The notes under the pieces are model-generated. The model made no database searches. It was given only the letters and a program-made list of their open reading frames with translations, and was not told where the DNA came from. 64,000 bases of DNA from an uncultured Pseudomonadales bacterium (GTDB lineage: Bacteria; Pseudomonadota; Gammaproteobacteria; Pseudomonadales; JANQJO01), in assembly GCA_964510525.1 (NCBI GenBank), contig CAZECE010000042.1, positions 73,272 through 137,271 of the forward strand, written 5' to 3'. How positions within the stretch are numbered: position 1 is the stretch's first letter; each line of letters begins with the position of its first letter. A program made the translations under genes and the position numbers. This document shows, piece by piece, positions 7,818-16,301 of this stretch.

Positions 7818-8951
7818 GTGTTTAACAATGTGTTTTCTTTAGGGCTGCGACAAGGGGTGAGGGCTGAAGTGTGTGCTGCGGCCTCAATAATTTTGTTTGA
7901 TAGACGCGAGCCTGTTGTCAATGAACCTCTGTTATTGATAAAAAAAACGGCTTTATCACAGAAGAAAATCATTCACTTTTCCGACATGCGAAAAGGGGAT
8001 CTTATTGTCAGGCAGGATAAAATTCTCTCGAATGCCAGCAGTGACCACTTAATGATTTTTGCCGGTGGTCAAAAGCCGATTATTCATGCCAAGGTCGATG
8101 GTCGGGTGCGCGGTGTGATTCGCCAATCGTGGAATACGATGGTGAAAGCTGAGAAGGAAGACCCTGTTAAGCACGTGGTTTATCGGATAACAGACAGCGT
8201 GTTGGCTAGGGAGATGCTTCGATTCGCTGTGGTGTTTTCCTTAGAAACGCATTCTGAACAGTTTAATCAATTAGTACGTTTCAGTAATCAACATGGCTTG
8301 AGGGTTGATGATCATAGTGTTGTTCTCCCGACGGCCTACTCGGTAAAGAAGTTGGCTATCGCGAGAAGATATACGGAGCAAACTGCGATTCCAGGGTTTC
8401 CTGAATCCAAAAAGGTTGGCGTGTTTAGAGCGTTAAAGTCGTTGGTAAGAGCGGAGGGGGATCATGCGAAACGTGTTTTTGGTACTAGAGTGTTGTCTTC
8501 GAAAGGTACCACCTGTTCTGAGTTTGTGTTGCTTTGTTTGCAAGGGGCTGTCTTGAAACGTTTTTTGCAACAACACGGTTGCAATGTTCCTGAATGTATT
8601 GAGTCTGCACTAGGTCATTCAGGTGTGTCTTCTAAGCGTCAGCCTAAAATAGTGTCGAAGGATTTGGTGGCTGCTGACACAGGCTTGGTGATCAATCCGC
8701 GACTTAATGTGCAGCTTAAAGAGCTGATCGTGTTTTTGGAGCAGCTGATAAAATTAAAGGGGTTTGATGAAACATTTAATGGTTTGGATATGGATCCTAG
8801 AGAGGCGACGGTTCGATCTCTCATTCGCCTGATGTTGTTTCATCAACGGGTGTGTTATGTGGGGGAGTTGGAGGTTCACTCAGAGCCTGAGGATCGCGCC
8901 CCAAAATCGTCAGAAAGCCATCCTCATCCAAATACCCGATATCTTCCGTGA
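7818..8951 (+). CDS. hypothetical protein, possible circularly permuted papain-like (His..Cys) fold
   Basis: 377-aa ORF with a GTG start (ATG at 7986 is an alternative). Ordered motifs are 'RKGDLIV', 'SDHLMIFAG', 'IIHA', 'GTTCSEFV'. I recognise no family with certainty. The last 131 nt overlap the convergent aas ORF. Confidence 0.5.
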   Translation: MFNNVFSLGLRQGVRAEVCAAASIILFDRREPVVNEPLLLIKKTALSQKKIIHFSDMRKGDLIVRQDKILSNASSDHLMIFAGGQKPIIHAKVDGRVRGVIRQSWNTMVKAEKEDPVKHVVYRITDSVLAREMLRFAVVFSLETHSEQFNQLVRFSNQHGLRVDDHSVVLPTAYSVKKLAIARRYTEQTAIPGFPESKKVGVFRALKSLVRAEGDHAKRVFGTRVLSSKGTTCSEFVLLCLQGAVLKRFLQQHGCNVPECIESALGHSGVSSKRQPKIVSKDLVAADTGLVINPRLNVQLKELIVFLEQLIKLKGFDETFNGLDMDPREATVRSLIRLMLFHQRVCYVGELEVHSEPEDRAPKSSESHPHPNTRYLP

Positions 8952-11900
8952 TAAACCATTGACGGCCATCCAGCATGACGGTTGGCTGGGTTTGAGTTGA
9001 ATTCTGGGTTTGCGGTGGATTTACGTACCCGAGCATAATTTGGGTCCCGCCTATTAAAATGACCCCGGCCTCACCGGTGTTTTTTTCGGCTTGAGTAATT
9101 GGATCGATGATCTTAAAGCTGGTGCCGGGTAGCGGCATGCCGACGGTGCCTTTTTTGCCGCCCAATTGCACCTTCCAGGTACGGGTATCCAGGGCATCTG
9201 GCAGATTGACGCTGGCGATCGGTGTGGTCTCTGTGGTGCCATAGCCTTCCATGATGGGTTTGTTAAATTTTTGCTCGAAGGCTTGGCGAGTATTGTCGGT
9301 GAGCTTGTGGCCGCCTGAAATCACCAGGCGTAACGGCTGCAGCATTAAGGGGTGAATGCGTTCTTCGCGTGCAAGTTTGTCCAGCATCGCGGGTGTGGAG
9401 CACAGCAGGGTCGTATTGTTTTGTGTGACTCGTTTGGCTAAGCCTTCTCCATCCATGGGGTCGGGGTGGCAGACAATGGGTAGGCCGCAGAGCAGGGGCA
9501 TGAATTGATTGACCGTCATTGCATAAGCATGAAAACTGGGCAATGCCGCCATTGTGATGTCCTGTTCTTGCAGGTTCAATACATCGGAGGCTTGTTTGGC
9601 GTTGGCCATGATATTTCGGTGGCTTAATCGAATGGCTTTGGGTAAATCGGTGGTGCCACTGGAAAATACCAGAGTAGCGCAGTCGTTGGCGTGTTTGGCG
9701 CGATTGAAGAGCACATTCAGAACCGCTGACGGGGTGAGTGTGACGGCTATTTTCATCCACCGTTGTGTTTGTGGTGTGAACTTGGTTTGAAAGTGGTCCA
9801 GTATCACCCATTGCACATCCAGTTGATCGAGTGGATAGCCTTGTTCCAGTAGCGTGTTAAAAAAAGCTTGAGTGGTACAGAGGTTTTTGAGTTGGGTGCT
9901 TTGAATGGTGTGTTTGAAGGCTTTAAAGCCATAGGTGTAATTTAAGTTGGTGATGGTTTTGCCGGCAAATAAGGCGGCCATGTTGGCTGTCATCTGGGTT
10001 GAGCTGGTGGGTAATACGAAGCCCAGCAAAGAATCCTTGACGGTGCTCCTTATCTGTCGAGACAGCCATAAACTTTGCGCTAACATCGCGCGATTTGAAA
10101 TTTTGGTCGTATGGTTGGTTTCTGAATGTGTGGCTTCCAAGGTTGCGGTTTTACTTAAAGCGCCTTTGGCTGTTTTGAGCCAGGCCGCGGGTAGAGTATC
10201 AAGAGAGTGGGCGTATTGCTCCCAAGCATCGATTGAGAGATCAAACACTTGTTGTTTTAAGCGATCCGGTGGGGTGTCTTTGGGAACGGGCTGGCCGAAG
10301 GTAACCACCAAGTCGCGGGTAATCCCGGCTTGGTTTAACGATTGAGTGTGAGTCGAGGCTCTGGAAAATTGGCTGCCCCACAAGCCTCGAAGGTAAAAAG
10401 GCACAATTTGCACGGGGGCTGAAACCTTTTCAGTGGCTCTGAGGTAACCATGCCGAAATTCGGCTAAATGTCCGGTGCGGCTGATTTTTCCTTCGGGAAA
10501 TAAACACACGGCTTCCCCGTTTTCCAGTAAGGCCGTGATGTCGTCAATCGCTTTTTGGCTGTTTGGGCCTTGCTCGATTGGAATACAACCCATCAGTCTC
10601 AGAAAACCGTTGAGATACCAGCGGTCGTAAATGGATTTAATCATCACAAAGCGAATGGGTCTGGGGCAGGCAATTTGCAAAATAGCCCAATCGATCCAGC
10701 TGATGTGGTTGCCAAGGAATAAAACCGGGCCTTTTTCTGGGATGTGCTCAACGCCTTGGGTATTGACTCTGTAATGCTGTGTGAGTAACGCGGTAAAGAC
10801 AAAACGGATCAAGCTTTGAGGGATGCGATACACGGTATACAAGCAACCAACGCAGGCGACAATGGCAATAAAGTACAGCAGCCATAACGTATTAATGTTA
10901 AGAAGAGCGAGTACTACTGTCAGTGTTAGAAAAGCCAGCATGGCTAACGTTTGTATCCAGTTGGTGAGTGCTATGATGCTGCCTCGCTCACTGTCGCTGG
11001 CGTTAAATTGAATCAGGGCATTCAGTGGTACGATAAATAGGCTGCCAGCCACGCCAATCAAAAAGAAGGTGAATGCTTGGGTGGCGGTATCAATAGCGTT
11101 GGGCAGCCAAAACAAACCTAATGTCACGCCAAGTGCGCCTAATGGAATCAGCCCGGTTTCGATGTGAGAGCGTGACCACCGACCGGCCAATACGGCGCCT
11201 ATCGCAATGCCTATGCCGCTGGCAGCCATGGCGCCTTGGATGGCCATTGTGTTGGTGATGCCAAATTGACTTTTGGCGTGCGCAGGGAAGGCGGCGAGCA
11301 TGACTTGCCCAACCGACCAAAAAACAGAGAGTCCAATGATGGACAAACGAATGGTCTGGTGTTGGCTGAAAATGTGCAGTTTATCGCGCATCAATTGACC
11401 GCGTTTATAGGCTTTCCAATCGAACCTGGTTTTTTTAGGAGGGGACTCTAATGTGGGTAAACGATAAATCAGTGCCAGTTCAATCACACTGTTAAAGATC
11501 AAAAACCAACCGACTGGTGCGATCCCTCGAATAACATCGCTTTCTTGTGCCCAGTTGGCATCAAACCGGCTTTCAAAAAACCAGGAGAACAGCCCTGTTG
11601 CGGCGAGAATTGCGGTGATGCTTGCACTCTGCGCTAAGCCATTGGCTTGAGCTAGGTTGTCCTTGCCAAATAGGGGGGCTAAATAGCTCAGTTTGGCGGG
11701 GCCGTAAAAAGCCGATTGAATGGCAAGCACTAACGTGAGTGAGAAGGCGGCCCAAAACCAGCCTTGGTAATAACAATAAGTAATGCACAAGGCGGTGCCA
11801 AAAGCGACCCAGCCGGTGAAACGCATGACGTGGTTTTTGGGGGATTGGTCAGAGATAAAGCCTGCTGGGGACATTAAGAGGACAAAAGGCAGCAAGATAA

Positions 11901-12060
11901 GCGCGTTTACGATTGCGGTTAAGATGACTTGTGTTTGATCATCGTAGATTTTAAAAATGGTGTTCTGGATGATGATCTTATGGCCAACGTCAATCAGAGC
12001 GTTTAAAAAGATCACGGTTAGAAAGGCGATGGCGCCATGCGTTTTGAGTAGTTTATTCAT
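8821..12060 (-). CDS. aas: fused LplT-like MFS transporter / lysophospholipid acyltransferase / acyl-ACP synthetase (Aas); adenylation domain ends at the hinge
   Basis: The first ~410 aa are polytopic membrane protein. Then comes HX4D acyltransferase 'FLGNHISWIDW ... FPEGKISRTG', then an AMP-binding domain 'FSSGTTDLPKA', 'EGYGTTETT', 'TEDIGYLDEDGFLTILGR'. The C-terminal subdomain (A8-A10) is absent. Confidence 0.85.
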   Translation of the reverse strand: MNKLLKTHGAIAFLTVIFLNALIDVGHKIIIQNTIFKIYDDQTQVILTAIVNALILLPFVLLMSPAGFISDQSPKNHVMRFTGWVAFGTALCITYCYYQGWFWAAFSLTLVLAIQSAFYGPAKLSYLAPLFGKDNLAQANGLAQSASITAILAATGLFSWFFESRFDANWAQESDVIRGIAPVGWFLIFNSVIELALIYRLPTLESPPKKTRFDWKAYKRGQLMRDKLHIFSQHQTIRLSIIGLSVFWSVGQVMLAAFPAHAKSQFGITNTMAIQGAMAASGIGIAIGAVLAGRWSRSHIETGLIPLGALGVTLGLFWLPNAIDTATQAFTFFLIGVAGSLFIVPLNALIQFNASDSERGSIIALTNWIQTLAMLAFLTLTVVLALLNINTLWLLYFIAIVACVGCLYTVYRIPQSLIRFVFTALLTQHYRVNTQGVEHIPEKGPVLFLGNHISWIDWAILQIACPRPIRFVMIKSIYDRWYLNGFLRLMGCIPIEQGPNSQKAIDDITALLENGEAVCLFPEGKISRTGHLAEFRHGYLRATEKVSAPVQIVPFYLRGLWGSQFSRASTHTQSLNQAGITRDLVVTFGQPVPKDTPPDRLKQQVFDLSIDAWEQYAHSLDTLPAAWLKTAKGALSKTATLEATHSETNHTTKISNRAMLAQSLWLSRQIRSTVKDSLLGFVLPTSSTQMTANMAALFAGKTITNLNYTYGFKAFKHTIQSTQLKNLCTTQAFFNTLLEQGYPLDQLDVQWVILDHFQTKFTPQTQRWMKIAVTLTPSAVLNVLFNRAKHANDCATLVFSSGTTDLPKAIRLSHRNIMANAKQASDVLNLQEQDITMAALPSFHAYAMTVNQFMPLLCGLPIVCHPDPMDGEGLAKRVTQNNTTLLCSTPAMLDKLAREERIHPLMLQPLRLVISGGHKLTDNTRQAFEQKFNKPIMEGYGTTETTPIASVNLPDALDTRTWKVQLGGKKGTVGMPLPGTSFKIIDPITQAEKNTGEAGVILIGGTQIMLGYVNPPQTQNSTQTQPTVMLDGRQWFITEDIGYLDEDGFLTILGRDPQALSEPPTPPHNTPVDETTSGE

Positions 12061-12153
12061 AGCTGTCTCGTAATCATCGACAATATGTCATAAGGCTGTG
12101 TTAAAATCCGCGACGTTTTATACATTATAGATTGATAGAGCAGGGAGATTCTG

Positions 12154-12723
12154 TTGCAAAGGACCATTTATTCGACGCCGATTGTAAAACACTTTTTTTA
12201 CTTTGTGTCTTTGATTAGCTTAAAGCTCGCTGGTTGGAAAGTGGAAGGGCGTCCCCCTGAGGAAAAAAAATACGTGCTGATTGCGGTGCCCCATACCACG
12301 AATTGGGATTTCCCGATCACCTTGGCCTTGGCGTTTTTGTTTAATATGAAAATCTACTGGCTGGGTAAGGCTTCACTGTTTAAGTGGGGGCTGGGCCCGA
12401 TTATGCGTTGGTTGGGGGGCATTCCTGTTGAGCGTTCTTCTTCGAATAATCTCGTTCAAAAAATGATTGATGCTTACAATGCAGCTGAAGAAATGGTTGT
12501 GACAGTATCAGCGGAAGGTACGCGAGCTAAGGTGAATCGTTGGAAAACCGGGTTTTATTATATTGCTCAAGGAGCAAAAGTGCCGATTGCTCGAGGGTTC
12601 TTGGATTACAAACGTAAAATCGGTGGCTTTGGGCCGACGTTTTATCCAACCGGTGATTTCCAATTGGATATGGCGAACATCAAGGAATTTTACATCAAAA
12701 AATTTGGCCCCAGTGTGGCTTAA
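12154..12723 (+). CDS. lysophospholipid acyltransferase family protein (PlsC-like)
   Basis: HX4D motif 'PHTTNWD' and 'VSAEGTR' block. TTG start in the track. Divergent from lplT-aas. Confidence 0.8.
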   Translation: MQRTIYSTPIVKHFFYFVSLISLKLAGWKVEGRPPEEKKYVLIAVPHTTNWDFPITLALAFLFNMKIYWLGKASLFKWGLGPIMRWLGGIPVERSSSNNLVQKMIDAYNAAEEMVVTVSAEGTRAKVNRWKTGFYYIAQGAKVPIARGFLDYKRKIGGFGPTFYPTGDFQLDMANIKEFYIKKFGPSVA

Positions 12724-12775
12724 TGCCGCGTGGTGCGATTTGGTGTCGTCATTTTTGTTCAAGGATTGAAAATTT

Positions 12776-14620
12776 TTGCAGCGGACGCCCCCATACGATT
12801 CCCCTGAAGACGTTCTGCAACATGTGTACGGTTATGATCATTTTCGTGGTCAGCAACGAGAGATCATAGACTCTGCTGTTAATGGGCAAGATGTCTTGGT
12901 ATTGATGCCCACGGGGGGCGGTAAATCGTTGTGTTATCAAATCCCCATGTTGCTCGGCCAAGGCATGGGCCTGGTAGTCTCACCCCTGATTGCGTTGATG
13001 CAAGATCAAGTCTCTGCGTTGCAACAATTGGGTGTTCGAGCGGCTTTTTTAAATTCAACGTTATCGGCAGAAGAAAAACGCCGTATTGCGTCTGATCTGT
13101 ATGCGGGTGAGATGGATGTGCTCTACATTGCGCCCGAACGACTCCTGCAACCCAATACACTCAGTTGGATTCAACAATTTGATATTTCACTGATTGCCAT
13201 TGATGAAGCCCATTGTGTGTCGCAGTGGGGGCATGATTTTCGTCAAGATTATTTGCAATTATATCAACTTAAAGACGCTTTTCCTGGTGTGTCTCGAATG
13301 GCGTTAACCGCCACGGCAACCCCGCGTTCACAGCAAGAGATTGTGCATAATCTGCAACTGGATAATCCGAAGAAATTCGTTAGCAGTTTTGACCGACCGA
13401 ACATCCTATATAAAGTCGCCCCAAAAGAAGACGTTAAAAAACAGTTGATCCGTTTTGTAAAAAAATACAAAGGCTCCAGCGGTGTGGTTTATTGCTTGTC
13501 GCGCAAAAAAGTGGAAAGTTTTGCGGATTGGCTTCAGCAGCGCGGGTTTGTGGCCTTGCCCTATCATGCGGGGTTGCCCGCTAAAGTGCGTGCTGAAAAC
13601 CAGGCTCGGTTTTTAAGAGAGGACGCTGTGATTATGGTGGCCACCGTTGCTTTTGGTATGGGGATCGATAAGCCCGATGTGCGCTTTGTGGTGCATTTGG
13701 ATTTGCCCAGTAGTATGGAAGCGTACTATCAAGAAACCGGTCGCGCAGGGCGAGATGGTGAACCTGCTGAAGCTTGGATGGTGTACGGTTTGAATGATGT
13801 GGTGCAGCGTTTTCAAATGGTCGAGCAATCTCAGGCTGCGGATGAGTACAAGCGCAACGAGCGCGCTAAGCTGGATGCGTTGTTGGGCTGGTGTGAGGTC
13901 ACGACTTGTCGACGTATTGAGTTGTTGCGCTATTTTGGCGAGGTCTTGGAGACTCCTTGTGGCAACTGTGATACCTGTCTGCAGTCGCCTACTACTTGGG
14001 ATGCGACCGAAGCGGCGCAAAAGTTATTGTCTTGTGTCTATCGCACTGGGCAGCGCTTTGGTGCGGGGCATGTGATTGATGTGTTGCGCGGTAAAGTCAG
14101 TGAACGCATGACGCAATTGGGGCATGACACCTTGTCCACATACGGCATTGGTAAAATCCTGACGCAAGATCAATGGCGTTCGATCGTACGTCAGTTGATG
14201 GTGCGAGGGTTTATTTTTTCTGATCCTGAACGTTATGGGGCATTGATATTAACCGAGTCGTCCAGAGCGTTATTAAAAGGTGAGTTTGATTTGCTGTTGC
14301 GTGAAGATGTGGCTGAGGCAAAAACAGCGCATAACTCCTCTCAAGGTTGGCGGCGGGGCGATCGTATGTCTGAAGATCGCAGTCGGGTTGCGGATGAGGA
14401 TCGAGCGCTGTGGAATGCGTTAAGAGCTTGCCGTAAAGAGTTGGCGGATGAGCAGGGCATTCCACCTTATATGGTGTTTCATGATGCGACGCTGATGGAG
14501 ATTATGGAGCAACAACCGACTAAAGATTATGAGTTGTTGCACATTAATGGCGTGGGTGAGGCGAAGTTAGAGCGCTTTGGTGATGCCTTTTTAGAAGTGG
14601 TGAAGCAATACGTACGTTAG
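12776..14620 (+). CDS. recQ: ATP-dependent DNA helicase RecQ
   Basis: 'VLVLMPTGGGKSLCYQIP', 'DEAHCVSQWGHDFR', a zinc-binding Cys cluster and a C-terminal HRDC region. Confidence 0.95.
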   Translation: MQRTPPYDSPEDVLQHVYGYDHFRGQQREIIDSAVNGQDVLVLMPTGGGKSLCYQIPMLLGQGMGLVVSPLIALMQDQVSALQQLGVRAAFLNSTLSAEEKRRIASDLYAGEMDVLYIAPERLLQPNTLSWIQQFDISLIAIDEAHCVSQWGHDFRQDYLQLYQLKDAFPGVSRMALTATATPRSQQEIVHNLQLDNPKKFVSSFDRPNILYKVAPKEDVKKQLIRFVKKYKGSSGVVYCLSRKKVESFADWLQQRGFVALPYHAGLPAKVRAENQARFLREDAVIMVATVAFGMGIDKPDVRFVVHLDLPSSMEAYYQETGRAGRDGEPAEAWMVYGLNDVVQRFQMVEQSQAADEYKRNERAKLDALLGWCEVTTCRRIELLRYFGEVLETPCGNCDTCLQSPTTWDATEAAQKLLSCVYRTGQRFGAGHVIDVLRGKVSERMTQLGHDTLSTYGIGKILTQDQWRSIVRQLMVRGFIFSDPERYGALILTESSRALLKGEFDLLLREDVAEAKTAHNSSQGWRRGDRMSEDRSRVADEDRALWNALRACRKELADEQGIPPYMVFHDATLMEIMEQQPTKDYELLHINGVGEAKLERFGDAFLEVVKQYVR

Positions 14621-14633
14621 CTTGCGGAAGTTG

Positions 14634-16118
14634 TTAATCGTGTGAGCCGGTTTTAAGCGATTCATTACTCGCATGAGGTAGGACAAAGAAAAAACCACTG
14701 CCTCCAGTGTCGAGATGGCGGTAACCAATTTTCCCGTTATGGGCATCTATGATGTTTTTGCAGATCGCTAAGCCCAATCCTGTTGAGGATTCGCCGGCGG
14801 TGGTTTGGCTGCCTAGGGTTTGGTAGGCCCCAAATAAGTTTTTTTCTTGCGCCTCAGGGATGCCAGTTCCTTGATCATTGATGTCGACTCGAATGTGTTT
14901 TTCTGAACAGGTCAGTAAGATGTCTATCGTCGATTTTGAGGGTGAGTATTTGAGCGCATTACTCAAGAGGTTATCCAAAACGCGACCCATGTTATTGCTG
15001 TCACAGAGTATGGTGTCCGCTGCTTCGAATTGAGCGTTCAAGCGAATGCTTTTTTCTTCTGCTTTGGCTTGGTAAAGCGTTAATCTTTGTTCAATGAGAG
15101 CTTGTAGGTTGGTGGGTTGAACGTTTTGTTTAAGGCTTCCACCATGCTCTATGGCTGTGGTATCGAGTAGATTGTCCACTAGATCAGAAAGATTGTTGGC
15201 TGCATCGACTAATGTATTGAGGTACTTGTCTCTTTTCGTGTCGTCATTGACGCCGTTAAGTAGAATGCCTGCCAGGCCTGTGATGCCGCTAAGAGGGCTG
15301 CGAATGTCATGGGCGGCGGTGCCTAACGTTAAGTTGATCAGCTCCCGTGCTTGTTGGTGTTCTTGGACAACGTCTAAAAACTCGATGTTTTGATTGATGC
15401 GACAATGAAACTCTTCTGGCTGGAAGGGTTTTACTAGAAAATCGTTGGCGCCACTTTTAATAAAGTTAGGTGACATGTTGCGTCCACTGCTGCTGGAGAC
15501 GCCAATGATGGCCATCTTTTCTTTGCTGTAGTTTTCACGAAATTTTTCCGTCAGTTCAAGGCCAGACATGTCTTCCATATTGCAATCGACTAATGCGATG
15601 CGAATATCGGGGTTTTCAGCTAAGGTGTCGATCGCTTCTGAACCAGAGCTTGCTTTTAAGATTTGAAAACGCTGCACGGCGAGTAAGCGTTGCATTTCCA
15701 TGCGAGCCGTGGCCGAGTCATCTGTGATGAGAATTTTAACGTCCGAGTTTTTATAGAGTCGATGTACCAACGAGGCGACGTATTCTAGGTTGTGCTGACC
15801 GTCTTTTTGTACGTAGTCGGCGACGTTCATTTGCAGCATGTCTTCGCGCAAGGCTTCGTTTATCTTTCCGGTGAGCACGATTGGGGAGATGTTTGGGTAA
15901 TGATCGATGATTAAATTAACCGCTTCCCCTTTGGTCGCGTCTGGCAAATTGATGTCTATGGTGGCACAAAAGAACTGGTCGCTGTTGCTTTCGAGGATAT
16001 CAACGGCTTCTTGAAGACTGTAAGCAGGTACGCACTCAACGTCAAACACCGATTGAATCTCCATCATCAGCATTTTGCTGAATGTTAGAGAGTCTTCAAT
16101 TATCAACACCTTATCCAT
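14634..16118 (-). CDS. cytoplasmic hybrid histidine kinase, REC-REC-HisKA-HATPase_c
   Basis: Two receiver-like domains (residues ~1-115 and ~125-245), H-box 'AAHDIRSPLSGI', and N/G boxes 'LLSNALKYS' and 'GTGLGLAICK'. There are no TM or sensor domains. Confidence 0.85.
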   Translation of the reverse strand: MDKVLIIEDSLTFSKMLMMEIQSVFDVECVPAYSLQEAVDILESNSDQFFCATIDINLPDATKGEAVNLIIDHYPNISPIVLTGKINEALREDMLQMNVADYVQKDGQHNLEYVASLVHRLYKNSDVKILITDDSATARMEMQRLLAVQRFQILKASSGSEAIDTLAENPDIRIALVDCNMEDMSGLELTEKFRENYSKEKMAIIGVSSSSGRNMSPNFIKSGANDFLVKPFQPEEFHCRINQNIEFLDVVQEHQQARELINLTLGTAAHDIRSPLSGITGLAGILLNGVNDDTKRDKYLNTLVDAANNLSDLVDNLLDTTAIEHGGSLKQNVQPTNLQALIEQRLTLYQAKAEEKSIRLNAQFEAADTILCDSNNMGRVLDNLLSNALKYSPSKSTIDILLTCSEKHIRVDINDQGTGIPEAQEKNLFGAYQTLGSQTTAGESSTGLGLAICKNIIDAHNGKIGYRHLDTGGSGFFFVLPHASNESLKTGSHD

Positions 16119-16218
16119 AGAACCAGTTCACTGAGCGTTTGTTTATTTAGTGGGTACAAACTTTATTTTAGAAGAGCTCGTCAGTAATAGGGCAGAATCA
16201 AGTGATTTATTTTAAGCA

Positions 16219-16301
16219 GGTGCCTATAACGTTGGTTCTATAAAGCGGATGCTATAACTTTGATCCTATAGTTTTATTTTGATTCTATAGTTTTGATTCT
16301 A
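16219..16301. repeat. degenerate ~14-bp repeat array (CTATA core) between the M48 gene and the kinase gene
   Basis: CTATA occurs at 16224, 16238, 16252, 16266 and 16285, giving spacings of 14, 14, 14 and 19. The last copy contains the M48 stop codon, and a related 'gattcta' lies inside the CDS end. Confidence 0.7.

Noticed and set aside
6206-8951. The idea that the Prs-like cassette is a tRNA-Met-targeted integrative island.
   Set aside because: The tRNA 3' end faces away from the cassette, towards cmoM. I saw no integrase and no direct repeat of the tRNA 3' end. The cassette is therefore reported only as an insertion or replacement supported by the aas truncation, not as an integrative element.
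9263-9811. A 182-aa minus-strand ORF in an alternative frame inside aas. Many similar 'shadow' ORFs appear in the track, for example 13613-14020, 39472-39792, 41652-41933, 44341-44775, 45682-46014, 46925-47218, 52568-52852 and 57063-57356.
   Set aside because: They lie wholly inside, or antisense to, genes with strong motif-level support. They have Arg/Pro/His/Ser-rich compositions typical of off-frame translation. They also lack RBS or family signatures.
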